Positions 1 through 11,251 of a DNA stretch of 64,000 nt are shown in pieces (positions within the stretch are counted from its first letter, which is position 1; every line of letters begins with the position of its first letter). This DNA comes from Lingula anatina. Its lineage: Eukaryota; Animalia; Brachiopoda. Under the pieces are notes generated by a model. It was not told the origin of the DNA. It did no database searches and saw only the letters and a list, made by a program, of their open reading frames with translations. Location of the stretch: the NCBI GenBank assembly GCA_051362555.1, contig JBPQGU010000016.1, positions 2,914,001 to 2,978,000 on the forward strand. Reading direction: 5' to 3'. Position numbers and translations under genes: made by a program.

Positions 1-288
1 GATAAAAAACAACATTTTTTTAAAAATATATTTTTTTTATTTTTTTCAATTTTAACGACAATGTTAATAAGAATAATATATTATCATTTTATGATATTTT
101 TATTTATAGAATCAAATAGTAATAATATTTTTAAATTAATACTTGATTTTAATAACAAAGAATATATTAAAATAATTATGTGATTACAAATAGTTTTTAT
201 TGTTGCTTTAATAAAATATTTTATTATCTTTTTAACAACAATATTAATAAAAAATAAACTTAAAAATATAAAATTTTATGACAATTAA
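1..288 (+). CDS. Partial (5'-truncated) integral membrane protein, possibly an ECF transporter S component
   Basis: Frame 1 is open from base 1 to TAA at 286-288 when TGA (181-183) is read as Trp; two hydrophobic helices (FFLFFSILTTMLIRIIYY; IMWLQIVFIVALIKYFIIFL). Family assignment is a guess. Confidence 0.5.
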
Positions 289-859
289 AACAAATACAAG
301 AATCAAAAAATACCAAAAATTAAGAAATCAAATTGAAAAAGATATTGTTTTTTTAAAACATAAAGAAGAAAATAAAGAACAAATTGAAAAATTAAAATCA
401 TTAATTGAAAAAATTGATAAAAAAATATTTCAAGAAAAATTATTAATTTCTGAAAATGCTTTTTTAAATCCAAAATCAATTTCAAGAATTGAAGAAGAAC
501 AAAAATTAGAAAAATTAAAATTAATTTTATCAAAAATAGAAAAACAAAATGAAAAAATTAAAGAAATAAAAATAACTAAAAATTCAAAAATTGATGATTA
601 TATTCCTAAATTAGAAAATGAAATTTTTGTATTAAATAATTTAAATTTAATAAAAATAAAAGAAAAAGAATTATTAAATAAATTTAAAAATATTCAAATT
701 GAAAAAGAAAAAATTAAAGATAAAGCAGAAAAAATTGATGATTTTTTAATAAAAGATTTTCAATTAGAAACAGCAGTACAAGAAAATAATTTTAGAATTG
801 AAGAACAAAAAAAAATTATTAAAAAATTAACTTTTACAAAAGAAAAAAAAACAAAATGA
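278..859 (+). CDS. Hypothetical Lys/Glu-rich coiled-coil protein
   Basis: 193-aa open frame overlapping the upstream stop; no recognisable motif. Confidence 0.6.
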   Translation: MTIKTNTRIKKYQKLRNQIEKDIVFLKHKEENKEQIEKLKSLIEKIDKKIFQEKLLISENAFLNPKSISRIEEEQKLEKLKLILSKIEKQNEKIKEIKITKNSKIDDYIPKLENEIFVLNNLNLIKIKEKELLNKFKNIQIEKEKIKDKAEKIDDFLIKDFQLETAVQENNFRIEEQKKIIKKLTFTKEKKTK

Positions 860-900
860 TTATTTTTTATAAATATTTTGTTTTTAATTTTACAAATAAC

Positions 901-2622
901 ATGCCTAATAATAATGTTTATAATAAAAAAATAATAATAACAATTGATGGACCATCTGGTGCTGGAAAAACAAGTTGTGGAATTTTATTATCTAAAAAAT
1001 TAAACTTTAAAATTTTAGATTCAGGAAAAATTTATAGATTATTTACTATATTTTTAAAAAATTTAAAAATTGATTGAAATAAATTAAATTTAGAAATTAA
1101 AAAAAATATAAAGAATTTTAATGTATTATTGAAAGATAATGTTTTTTATTTAAATAATAAAAAAATTGATGACAATAAATTAAATAATTTAAATATTGAA
1201 AAACTTACTACAAAAATAATAAATATAAAAAATGTAAGATACAAAATTAATCAAATTTGTAGAAACATTATTAAAGATAAAAATTTTATTTTAATTGGAA
1301 GAGATGCAGGAAGTGTAATTTTTCCAGAAGCAGATTTTAAATTTTTTTTAGATGCTTCACATAAAATAAGAGCAGAAAGAAAAAATAAATTATTAAATAA
1401 TCAAAATAAAACAATAAACTTTGATCAAGAATTAAAAGAAAGATTAAAAAAAGAAACAAAAGAAAATATTTTATTAAAAAGTTGAGATTCTTTTTATATA
1501 AAAAATGAAAATTTAACAATAGATGAAACAGTAAATAAAATATTAAAAATAATAAATCAATATTTAAAAAATATTTCATATAAAGTTGGAATAATTGGTG
1601 AAATAAATGTTGGTAAATCATCTTTATTTAATTTATTAGTAGGAAAAAAAGAAGTTATAGAAAGTAGTTTTGAAAATACAACTAGAGATTTTTTTGAAAA
1701 ACAAATAAAAATAAATGAAAAAGAAATTACACTAATTGATACTGGTGGAATGGAAAAAGAAAAAAATGATTTTTTACTTAATAAAATTTGAGAAAGAAAC
1801 TTAAATATTTTAAACAAATTCAATTTAATACTTTGAGTAACAAATTTTAAAACAGGTATTACAAAAAATACAAATTTAATAAATAAAAATTTAAAAAAAT
1901 ATAAAGACAAAATCATTTTAGTAATAAACAAAACTGAAAAAGAAGTTAAAGAAGAAAATATTAAAAATTGAAAAAAATTAGGAATTAAAAAAATGATATT
2001 TATTTCTGTAAAAAGAAAAATAAATTTTTTAAAATTAAAAAATGAAATTTCAAAAAATATTATTTCTATTGAAAAAAAAATAGATACAAAAAAATATATT
2101 GAAAAAAATGTTCTTATTTTAGGACAAACAAATAATGGAAAATCAACACTATTTAATCAATTATTAAAAACTGAAAAAGCAATTACAAGTTCAAAAGAAC
2201 ATACAACAACAAATATAATTAAAGGTTTTTTAGTTTATAACAATATAAAATTAAATTTCTTTGATACTGCAGGAATAAGAAAAAAAAGAACAAAAAAATC
2301 TACATTAGAAAAAAAATCATTTGAACAAATATTAAAAAAAACAGAAGATTTTGATGTTGCAATAATTGTTTTAGATACTACAAAACCATTTTTTTCACAA
2401 GATATAAGAATTGTTGGAATTATAAAAAAACTAAAAAAACCAATTATACTAGTTGGTAACAAAATAGATAAAAACACAAATGGAAAAAGAAAAATAGAAA
2501 GAGATATAAAAATATTTTTTAAATTATTAAAAGAAAAAACAATTGTATTAATCTCATCAAAAACTGGTGAAGGATGTCAAAAATTATTAAAAATATTAAC
2601 ACAAAAAGAATTTTATAAATAA
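901..2622 (+). CDS. cmk-der: Bifunctional cytidylate kinase / ribosome biogenesis GTPase Der (EngA) fusion, lacking the C-terminal KH-like domain
   Basis: One frame with TGA=Trp: Cmk motifs ITIDGPSGAGKTS, LDSGKIYR, GRDAGSVIFPEA; GD1 GEINVGKSS/DTGG/NKTE; GD2 GQTNNGKST/DTAG/NKID. Alternative start at 856. Confidence 0.88.
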
Positions 2623-2663
2623 AATTAATATAAATTAAACATTTTAATAGAAAGGTATAAAAA

Positions 2664-2942
2664 ATGAATAAAAAAGAATTTATTGAAATAATAGCAAGGG
2701 ATCTAAACATAGATAAAAAACAAGCAGAAAAAACTTATAATTCTGTATTTCAACATTTAATAAAAGTAATTAAAGATGAAAAAGAGTTTAAAATAATTGG
2801 TTTAGGTACTTTTTCAATTGTTAGAAGAGCTGAAAGAAAAGGTATAAATCTTCAAACAAATGAAACTATTACAATTCCTGCAAAAAATGTATTAAAATTT
2901 AAAGTTTCAAAAAAACTAAAAGAAGATATAGCAAATAACTAA
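2664..2942 (+). CDS. hup: DNA-binding protein HU
   Basis: MNKKEFI...IIGLGTFSIVRRAERKGINLQTNETITIPAK..KFKVSKKLKE; AGAAAGG RBS upstream. Confidence 0.95.
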   Translation: MNKKEFIEIIARDLNIDKKQAEKTYNSVFQHLIKVIKDEKEFKIIGLGTFSIVRRAERKGINLQTNETITIPAKNVLKFKVSKKLKEDIANN

Positions 2943-2962
2943 AAAATAAATTTTTAAACTAT

Positions 2963-2994
2963 AAAAAAGACACTTTATAAAGTGTCTTTTTTTT
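2963..2994 (+). terminator. Rho-independent (probably bidirectional) terminator after hup
   Basis: Inverted repeat AAAAAAGACACT-TTATAA-AGTGTCTTTTTT followed by a T run. Confidence 0.85.
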
Positions 2995-3009
2995 ATATAT
3001 AATTTATTT

Positions 3010-3330
3010 ATGAAAATAATTTTAAATTTAAACAAAAAAGAAATATTAGAAAAAAAATTTAATATAAATTTAAAAGGTTATGATGCAAATGAAGTTGATT
3101 ATTTTTTAGATTTAATAATTAAAGATTATGAATCATGAGAACTTATGTCAAAAAATTATAAAGAAAAAATTTTAAATTTAAAAAATGAACTTGAAAAAAT
3201 AAAACAAGAAAAAATAAAACAAGAAAATCATATCATTAAATACAAAAAAGAAATAAAAGAATTAGAAGAAAAAAGTTCAAGTAATGTTGAACTTTTAAAA
3301 AGAATAAATAAATTAGAAGAAAAAAAATAA
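3010..3330 (+). CDS. gpsB: DivIVA-domain cell-cycle protein (GpsB-like)
   Basis: With TGA=Trp: LNKKEILEKKFNINLKGYDANEVDYFLDLIIKDYE (DivIVA signature) plus coiled coil; directly upstream of rnpB as in Firmicutes. Confidence 0.85.
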
Positions 3331-3351
3331 ATTCAAGTTTAAAATATCTTT

Positions 3352-3650
3352 GACTTGATTTTATTCAATTGCTGGTATTATTTTTTAATATTAGAGGAAA
3401 GTCCTTCCTAACACAATCTGCGATGATTGTAGTGTTTGAGTCTTTAGAAACAAAGAACAATTATTATAAATAATTGATGACTAGTGCCACAGAGACGAGT
3501 AATGTGAAACGCGGTAAACTCCTCAAGTTAGCAACCCAAATTTTGGTAGGGGCATTAAGAGATGATAAATGAATCAAATCTTAAATCTTTTTTAAAAAAA
3601 GATAGATAAATAATTGAACTAGACAGAAGAAGGCTTACAAAAATCAAGTC
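3352..3650 (+). ncRNA. rnpB: RNase P RNA (bacterial type B)
   Basis: P1 ends GACTTGATTT / AAATCAAGTC; conserved GAGGAAAGTCC, AGTGCCACAGAGACG, GTGAAACGCGGTAAACTCC, GCAACCCAAA, GATAAATAATTG and ACAGAA..GGCTTAC elements. Confidence 0.93.
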
Positions 3651-3703
3651 TATTTTTTTTAAAAAAAGAAAAAAAATATTTTTTTTACTAATATCTTTTT
3701 GAT

Positions 3704-4681
3704 ATGGTTAAAAAAGAAAAAAAAGATTTAAAAAGTATTTTAAAAAACATTGAAAAGAAAAATGGAAAAAATACAATTTTAAAATTTGAAGAAAATAATA
3801 TTAAAAATTTTTCAACTGGAAGTTTAATTTTAGATTCACTAACAAATGGAAATGGATATCCATTAAACAGAATAATTGAAATTTTTGGTCAACCATCAAC
3901 TGGAAAAACAACACTTACAATATTAGCTATTAAAGAAATTCAAAAGGTAATAAAAAATAAAAAAATTATTTATTTTGATGTTGAAAGAACACTAAATTTA
4001 AAATATGCAATTAAACTTGGAATTGACTTAAAAAATGTTGTCGTACTAAGACCAAGAAATGCTGAAGAAACATTTGACTTGATGATTTCTTTTTTAGAAA
4101 CAAAAGAAACATCTTTAATAGTTCTTGATTCAGTTGCAGCATTATTACCACAAGATGAAGAACAAAATAATATGGAATCTTTTACAATTGGATTACAAGC
4201 AAGAATAATGTCTAAAGCATTAAGAAAAATAAATTTTCTTTTAACTGAAGTTAATGCAACCATTATTTTTATAAATCAAATTCGTGAAAAAATAAAAGTT
4301 TTTTTTGGAAACCCTGAAACAACAACAGGAGGTAATGCATTAAAATTTTATTCATCATTAAGGATTGAATTAAGACAAAAAGAAAAAATTTTACAAAATA
4401 AAATAGAAATTGGAAATGTTATTAAAGTAAAAATTGTAAAAAATAAATTAGGTATTCCGTTTAGAATTGGTTATATTTCTATTTTTTATGATAAAGGTAT
4501 TGATAAAACAAATGAAATAATAGAAATAAGTTTAGAAAAAAACATCATACAAAAAAAGGGTAATTATTTTTGATATAATGATAAAAAATTAGGTCAAGGA
4601 TTACTAAAAACTAAAGAATTTTTAAATAATAACTTAAAATTTTTAAATAAAATCATAAATGAAATCAACTTTAAAATTTAA
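3704..4681 (+). CDS. recA: Recombinase RecA
   Basis: Walker A GQPSTGKTT, LDSVAAL, IGLQARIMSKALRK, FINQIREK, GGNALKFYSSLR; extended through TGA at 4571 to TAA at 4679-4681. Confidence 0.97.
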
Positions 4682-4749
4682 AATTAATTCAAAAATAAAA
4701 ATTTTTTTATTTTAAAATAATTCCTATCCTTAAAAAGGAGTAAAAAATA

Positions 4750-6273
4750 ATGTGAGAACTAAGTGAAGAATTAGGAATAACAATAATTGTATTGTTCCCT
4801 ATTTTAACTTTATTTTTTTCTTTTATAATTTATTTTATAATAAATTATAAATTTAAACAAAAAATTAAAAAAGATGAAATTAAGTCAGAAAAATTACTTA
4901 ATAAAAATAATGCGGAAAATAAGTTACAATGACAAATTAAAAAAAATGAAATTGAAGAAAAAAATAAATTAAATAATCAAATAATAAAAAAACAAAAAAA
5001 ATGATTAGATGAAAAAGAAAAAGAATTAGATCAATATGATAAAAGAATTAAAAATAAATTAGAAATAATTAATTCAAAAGAAGAAAAATTAGATATTGAA
5101 TATAAAAATCTTAATTTAGAAAGAAAAAAATTAATTAATAAACTAGAAACAACAGCTAATTTAAGTACAAAAGAAGCTGAAAATGAATTAATAAAAAATG
5201 TTGAAATAAAATTAGCACAAAAACTAAATAAGATTACTAAAGAAAAGAAAAATGAAATTGATAAAAACATCAAAGAAATAATAAGCAAAACAATTGCAAA
5301 TTCAATTGAAAGATATGCAAGTGAATTTATTACAACAAATACAATAACAAAACTAGAATTAAAAGATGAAAATTTTAAAGGCAAAATAATTGGAAAAGAA
5401 GGAAGAAATATTAAAAAATTTGAAGAAATCTCTGGTGTAGATATTATTTTAGAAGATGATTCAAATTTTGTTAAACTTTCATGTTTTAATCCAATAAGAA
5501 GAGAAGTTGCTTTTAAAGCTTTAAAAAGATTAATAAATGATGGAAGAATTCAACCACAAAGAATTAAAGACTTTTTAATTGAAGAATCAAAAAAAATTGA
5601 TGAATTTATAAAAGAAGCAGGAATAAAAGCAGTAAATGAATTAAAAATTATTGATTTAGCACCTGAATTAGTTTTTGCAATTGGAAAATTAAAATACAGA
5701 ACAAGTTATGGACAAAATGTTTTACAACATTCTATAGAAGTTGCCAAAATTGCTGGTTCTTTAGCATCTGAATTAAAATTAAATGATAAATTAGCAATTA
5801 GAGCAGGTTTATTACATGATATAGGAAAAGCATTTGATTATGAAGTAAATCAATCACATGTTGAAATAGGTGTTAGTGTTGCACAAAAATATCAAGAAAA
5901 TGATATTGTAATAAATGCAATACATTCACATCATGGTGATGTTCCTACAAATAATATTTATTCATTATTAGTTTCAGCAGCAGATACAATTTCTGCAGCA
6001 AGACCTGGTGCAAGAGATAATGTTCATGAAGATTATTTAAGAAGAATGAAAATTATAGAAGATGTTTGCAATGGAATAAAAGGTGTAAAAAAATGTTATG
6101 CTGTTAAATCTGGTAGAGTTATTATGGTTTTTGTAGATCCTTTATTAATTAATGACTATGAATTAGATAAAGTTATTGAAAAAATAGAAATTAATCTTAA
6201 AGCTAAGTTAAAAATACCTGGTGATGTATTAATAAAAGTAATGCGTGAAATGATAATTGAAAAAACTATTTAA
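4750..6273 (+). CDS. rny: Ribonuclease Y
   Basis: AAGGAG RBS, ATG-TGA(W) start, N-terminal TM helix, coiled coil, KH motif KGKIIGKEGRNI, HD motifs RTSYGQNVLQHS, LLHDIGK, SAARPGAR; follows recA. Confidence 0.96.
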
Positions 6274-7576
6274 AAATTACACTTTTAATTATATTTTTAT
6301 TTGTTTTAAATTTTTTAGGTACAATTTCAAATAATTTATTTGCATCTTCAATATATTGTTTAATATTTTCTTTATTTGTAAAAAAGGTGAAAATAATTTC
6401 ACCTTTTTTTGTATATATATTATTTTTTTTATATCAAATAATTCCTGCATCATAATCTAATCCTTCATGACCTCCATCTGATGCATTATTTATATTATTT
6501 AAAAATTTTCCAATATATGAATTATTTATAATTTTTACATATCCATCTTTTTTAGATTTGATTTCTATTTTATATTTAGTATTAACTTCTCTATGTTTAT
6601 TAATAGATTCAAAATCACCACCAAAAGATTCAATTCAATTTTTAAATTCTTTTAAAACTTCTTTAGATTTTAATTTTTCTTTTACTAATTCTCTTGCTTT
6701 TTCTAATGATTTCATTTTATTTGAAATAATTAATGTTTTTGCTGCAAACTCAACAACTATTTCATTTAAATCTTTTATATATTTTTTACCTTCTAAAATA
6801 TCTAATACTTCTAATATTTCAATTTTATTACCTATTGCAAAACCTAATGGTTGTTCCATATTAGTTACTAAAACTAAAATATTTCTTTTATATTTTTTTG
6901 ATAATTTTATTAATAATTTTTGAAATCTTTCAACTTCTTGTTTTGTTTTAAACAATGAACCACTTCCAAATTTTAAATCAATTAAAATTGCATCTGTTTT
7001 TAAAAACATTTTTTTAATCATAATACTATTAAAAATCAATGGAACAGATTGAGTAGCATTTATTTTTGTTCTCAACAAATATAGTTTTTTTTCAAAATTT
7101 GAAATATCAGACATAACTTCACTTAAAACTAAATTTTTATGTTTTACTATTTCTTTAAATTGATTTTTAGACAAATTTAAATTAATTCCTTTAAATGAAT
7201 TTAATTTAGTAATTGTTCCGCCTGTATATCCTAAAAATCTACCAGATAACTTATAACACTTAATACCCAATACTTTCAACAATGGCAAAAGTATTAAAGT
7301 AACTTTATCACCAATACCGCCTGTTGAATGTTTATCTACTTTAAAACCATCTATATTTAATAAATCAATCTCTTCTGTTTGTTTTAAAGTAGCATCAAAT
7401 CATTCTAATGTTTCTTCATCAGATAAATCATTATTAAAAATATCTTTTATAAAAATAGACATTTCTTTTTCAGAAATTTTATTAGATGAATAATTTTTAA
7501 CTAAAAAAGAAAAATCATCAAAACTAAGTTTTATATTATTTTTTCTTTTTTGTAACAAATTATTAATACTATTCAT
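6266..7576 (-). CDS. pdp: Pyrimidine-nucleoside/thymidine phosphorylase
   Basis: VDKHSTGGIGDKVTL, KLSGRFLGYTGGT, DLKFGSG, MEQPLGFAIGN; ATG at 7576, TAG at 6266. Confidence 0.92.
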
Positions 7577-8219
7577 CTATAAAAATACTAATTCTTTTAG
7601 AAAGAATGTTCGTTTCTAATAAAATAATTTCTTCAGGTTTAATTGTATTTTTAACAATAAGTTTATTATTAAAATAATTTAATGAAATTATTTTAGAAAA
7701 CGAATCTTTTGATATTTTAACCAATCTTTTAATATGTTCAATTTTAACTTTTTTTGAAAAATAAAATAATGCTCTTGGAATTTTTATTTTTTCAACAAAT
7801 TTTTCTATCAATGATTCAAAAAAATTATTTTCTTTCAAAAAATTACATTCTATTAATAAAAATAACTTTTTTAAATATGGTTTCATATCCAAAAAATCAC
7901 TTTCATTAATAACCATAAAAATTGGTAATTGATAATTAAAATCATTTTTTGAAATAATATTCAATACTTTATATATTGAATCTATTTTTACAATAGAAAC
8001 AATTTTTTTATCATTTCAAAAAAATATATTTATTTTTTTATTAACAGAAAATAATCAAGATAAAAATTTTGAGTATTTTCTAACTCATAAATATCTTTCT
8101 TCTTCTGTTAAATTTAATTTATTTTTTTTAAACTTTTTAAAATAAAAATAAAGTTTTATTCTAAAAAAAAATCATATAAAAATAGGAATAATTAAAAAAA
8201 ACTTTATCGAAAATTTCAT
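7569..8219 (-). CDS. PlsC-like (lysophospholipid acyltransferase fold) protein with degenerate catalytic motifs
   Basis: N-terminal TM helix, LTEEERYLWVRK and NDFNYQLPIFMV segments resemble Mollicute PlsC (from recall); no HX4D or FPEG motif. Confidence 0.45.
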
Positions 8220-8244
8220 TAATGAAATTATATACTAATTTTTA

Positions 8245-8550
8245 CTAACTTTTTTTACCTAATAAACTAATTTTGTCAGCAAAAATAATAATTTTAGAAT
8301 TTTCTAACATAATTCTTCCTTTCAAAGCTAAAAATCTATTCTTATATTCTATTTCTTTAAACATTTTAAAAAAGAAATCATATGTTTTAATACATACCCA
8401 TTCTTTTTTAGAATTTGCTTTTGAAAAAATAAAATTTTTTTCTAAATTTAAATTAAAAGTTATAAATTTTAAATTACTATTTTTATTTTCTTTTTTATCA
8501 AAAAAAATATCACTAACAATAACACCAACAAGAACAACACTATTAATCAT
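8245..8550 (-). CDS. Short SSB-family OB-fold protein
   Basis: MINSVVLVGVIVSD start and ALKGRI strand typical of SSB; 101 aa, no acidic tail. Confidence 0.65.
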   Translation of the reverse strand: MINSVVLVGVIVSDIFFDKKENKNSNLKFITFNLNLEKNFIFSKANSKKEWVCIKTYDFFFKMFKEIEYKNRFLALKGRIMLENSKIIIFADKISLLGKKS

Positions 8551-8566
8551 ATAAATAATTTTATGA

Positions 8567-9391
8567 TTATATTTTTAATAATTTATTTTTATTTTTTAAA
8601 AATTTATTTATTTTTAAAAAATTAAATAAATCTAAAAAATCATTTAAACTTAATCATTCAGATCTTATATCAGTTTTAAGATTTTTAGATTTTAAAAACA
8701 TGATAATTGTATTTAAATCAAAATTATAATGTTTTTTTAAATTATTTAACAATGTTTTTCTTTTTTGTTTAAAGCAAATCAAAACAAAATTATAAAAATC
8801 TAAATTTAAAAATGGTGATTCATTTTTATTAAGATCAAATTTTAAAAATGTTGTTATAACTTTTGGTATTGGATCAAAAAATTTTGGATCTATTGAATAA
8901 ATTTTTTCAATTTTTGCAAAAGATTGAGCAAAAACTGATAAAAAAGAATAAGTTTTTGTTTTTGGTTTTGCAATTATTTTTTGTGCAACACCATCTGAAA
9001 AAGAAAGATATAAATCAGTTCATTTGTTGCTTTTAAATAAAAGTTCTTTTAATATTTTTGTTGCAACATTAAATGGTAAATTACCTATAATTCTATATTT
9101 TTTATTTTTTAAAATCTTAAAATCAAAATCTAAAAAATCAAAATTAAATATTTCTATATTTAAATTTGATTTATATTTATTTTTAAGAAATTCAAATATT
9201 TTTTTATCTTTTTCTATTAAAATTAAATTTTTTGTTTTATTGTAAATAAAATCTGTTAAAGTTCCAAATCCAGGGCCTATTTCTATTATTGAATCATCTT
9301 TTTTAAATTTATATTTTTCAAAGATTTTTTCAACAATATATTTATTATTTAAAAAATTTTGACCTAATGATTTTTTTGGTTTAAATTTCAT
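8567..9391 (-). CDS. rsmA: 16S rRNA m6,2A1518/1519 dimethyltransferase
   Basis: KKSLGQNFL, IEIGPGFGTLT, IGNLPFN, FDPIPKV, FKQKRKTLLNNL; read through TGA to TAA at 8567. Confidence 0.95.
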
Positions 9392-9397
9392 TTAATA

Positions 9398-10303
9398 TTA
9401 TTCTATATTTTCTTGAAGTGATAAAGACATTAAAAAATATTCTTTATACTCTTTATTATTAAAAAATTTATTAAAATTATTTGCATAAGTGTGTTCTGTT
9501 TCTGGAGTAATTACAATACTTTTTTCAAATTTTTTAAATATATTTTTTGGTAAATACTTTTTTAATAATGGTTTTAATTCATTTTCAACAAATTTTTCTT
9601 TTTCAGTGTAAAAAGAAAGTTTATTTTACTTTTTTGAAATTTCAGAAAAAATTAGTAAAGATTCTGTATTTTTCTCTTTATTAAATAATTTATTAGGAAA
9701 TTTTTTATATATTGAAACACTTTCTTTTTCAAAAACATATAAAATTTTTAATTTTTTAAATAAATTAAAAGTATATGGTTTAAATTTCTCTAATTTATCT
9801 TTTTGTTCTAAATTAATTTTATTTATCATTGAATTTAATGGTACATAAAAACTAGATAATCCTAAAAATAAAAATGGTATCATAAATAATTTTAATAAAA
9901 AATTTCTTATTTTACCAAATCCTAAATTTAAAAAAAATATTCTTTTTAAAAATACAAAATAAACAATTGAAGAAATAATTAATAATAATAAACAAGCAAA
10001 AATTATAAATGTAATTTGTAATAATAAATAATTTTCAGTTAAAAATGCAAAATTAAAATGATTTTCTTTAGATACAATATCAAAAAAAATACTTCTAATA
10101 ATTTCAAACCATTTAAATGCAAAATATTTAAATGTAAGAATAATTGAACCAACTAAAATTAATGATAATGAAAAATAAAAATATAAAAATATCGATCTAA
10201 TAAAAAATAATAATATCAAACCAAAAACAAAAATTAAAATAAAACTAATATCTATTCAAGATAAAAAGTTTGTTTGTTCATTATTTAATAAAAAATTAAA
10301 CAT
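9398..10303 (-). pseudogene. CvpA-like multi-pass membrane protein with an in-frame TAA at 9626-9628
   Basis: ATG at 10303 (MFNFLLNNEQTNFLSWIDISFILIFVFGL...), several TM helices; the same frame stays open for ~75 codons past the TAA; divergent from rnhC as cvpA is in Firmicutes. Confidence 0.5.
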
Positions 10304-10354
10304 TTTTTTACTACTCTATAATATATTTTAATATATGGTTAATTTTTATTTTAA

Positions 10355-11251
10355 ATGATAACTTTCAAAATAGAAAAAGAAAAAATTGAAAAATTAATAA
10401 AAAAATATTCTTTTAAAGAAAAAATAAATCAAAATTATTCTTTTTGATTTAAAAAATTTAATGATTTTACTGTTTCTATTTATAAAAGTAATAAAATTTT
10501 ATTTCAGGGAAATGAAGAAAAAATAAATAATTTTTTAAATGAGGAAAAAATAAATAATTTTTTAAATAAAGAAAAAATAAATAATTTTTTAAATAAAGAA
10601 AAAATAAATAATAAAGAAAAATATCAATTGTTTGAACATATTGGTTGTGATGAATCTGGTGTAGGAGATTATTTTGGTCCAATAATTTTAACTGTTTTTA
10701 AATATGATAATAATATTAAAAATTTAAAAATATTTGAAAAAGTAAAAGATTCAAAAAAAATAAATGTAAAAAAAATATTAGAAATAGGTAAAGAATTAAT
10801 AAAATTAAAAAATAATTTTAAAATATACAAAATTTCAAATGAAGAATTAAATGAAAGTGTATTAAATAAAAATATAAATTCAAAAGAAATTTTATTAATT
10901 AAATATATTAACTTATTAAAAAATAAAATATTTAAAAATAATATAGAAATTATAATTGATGGTTTTATAAATAAAAATACTTTTAATAAATATTGTTTAA
11001 AAAATAAAATATTTAAAATACCTAAAATTAAATTAATTCAAAAAGCAGAAGAAAAATATATTGCTGTAGCATCTGCTTCAATAATAAGCCGTTATTTCTT
11101 TTTAAAAGAAATTGAAAGTATTGAAAAAAAATTAAATATTAAAATTCTTTTAGGTGCAAACAAAAAAGTTAAAAAACAAATAAAAGAATTGTTAAAAAAT
11201 AAAGAAAAAAATGAAATTAAAAAATATATTAAATTATTCTTTAATATTTAA
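10355..11251 (+). CDS. rnhC: Ribonuclease HIII
   Basis: TBP-like N-terminus (TVSIYKSNKILFQG), catalytic IGCDESGVGDYFGP, KDSKK, IIDGF, KAEEKYIAVASASIISR. Confidence 0.92.
10511..10612 (+). repeat. In-frame 27-bp tandem repeat (~3.8 copies; N-E/K-EKINNFL) in the RNase HIII linker
   Basis: AAT(G/A)A(A/G)GAAAAAATAAATAATTTTTTA repeated at 10511, 10538, 10565 and partially at 10592. Confidence 0.9.
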
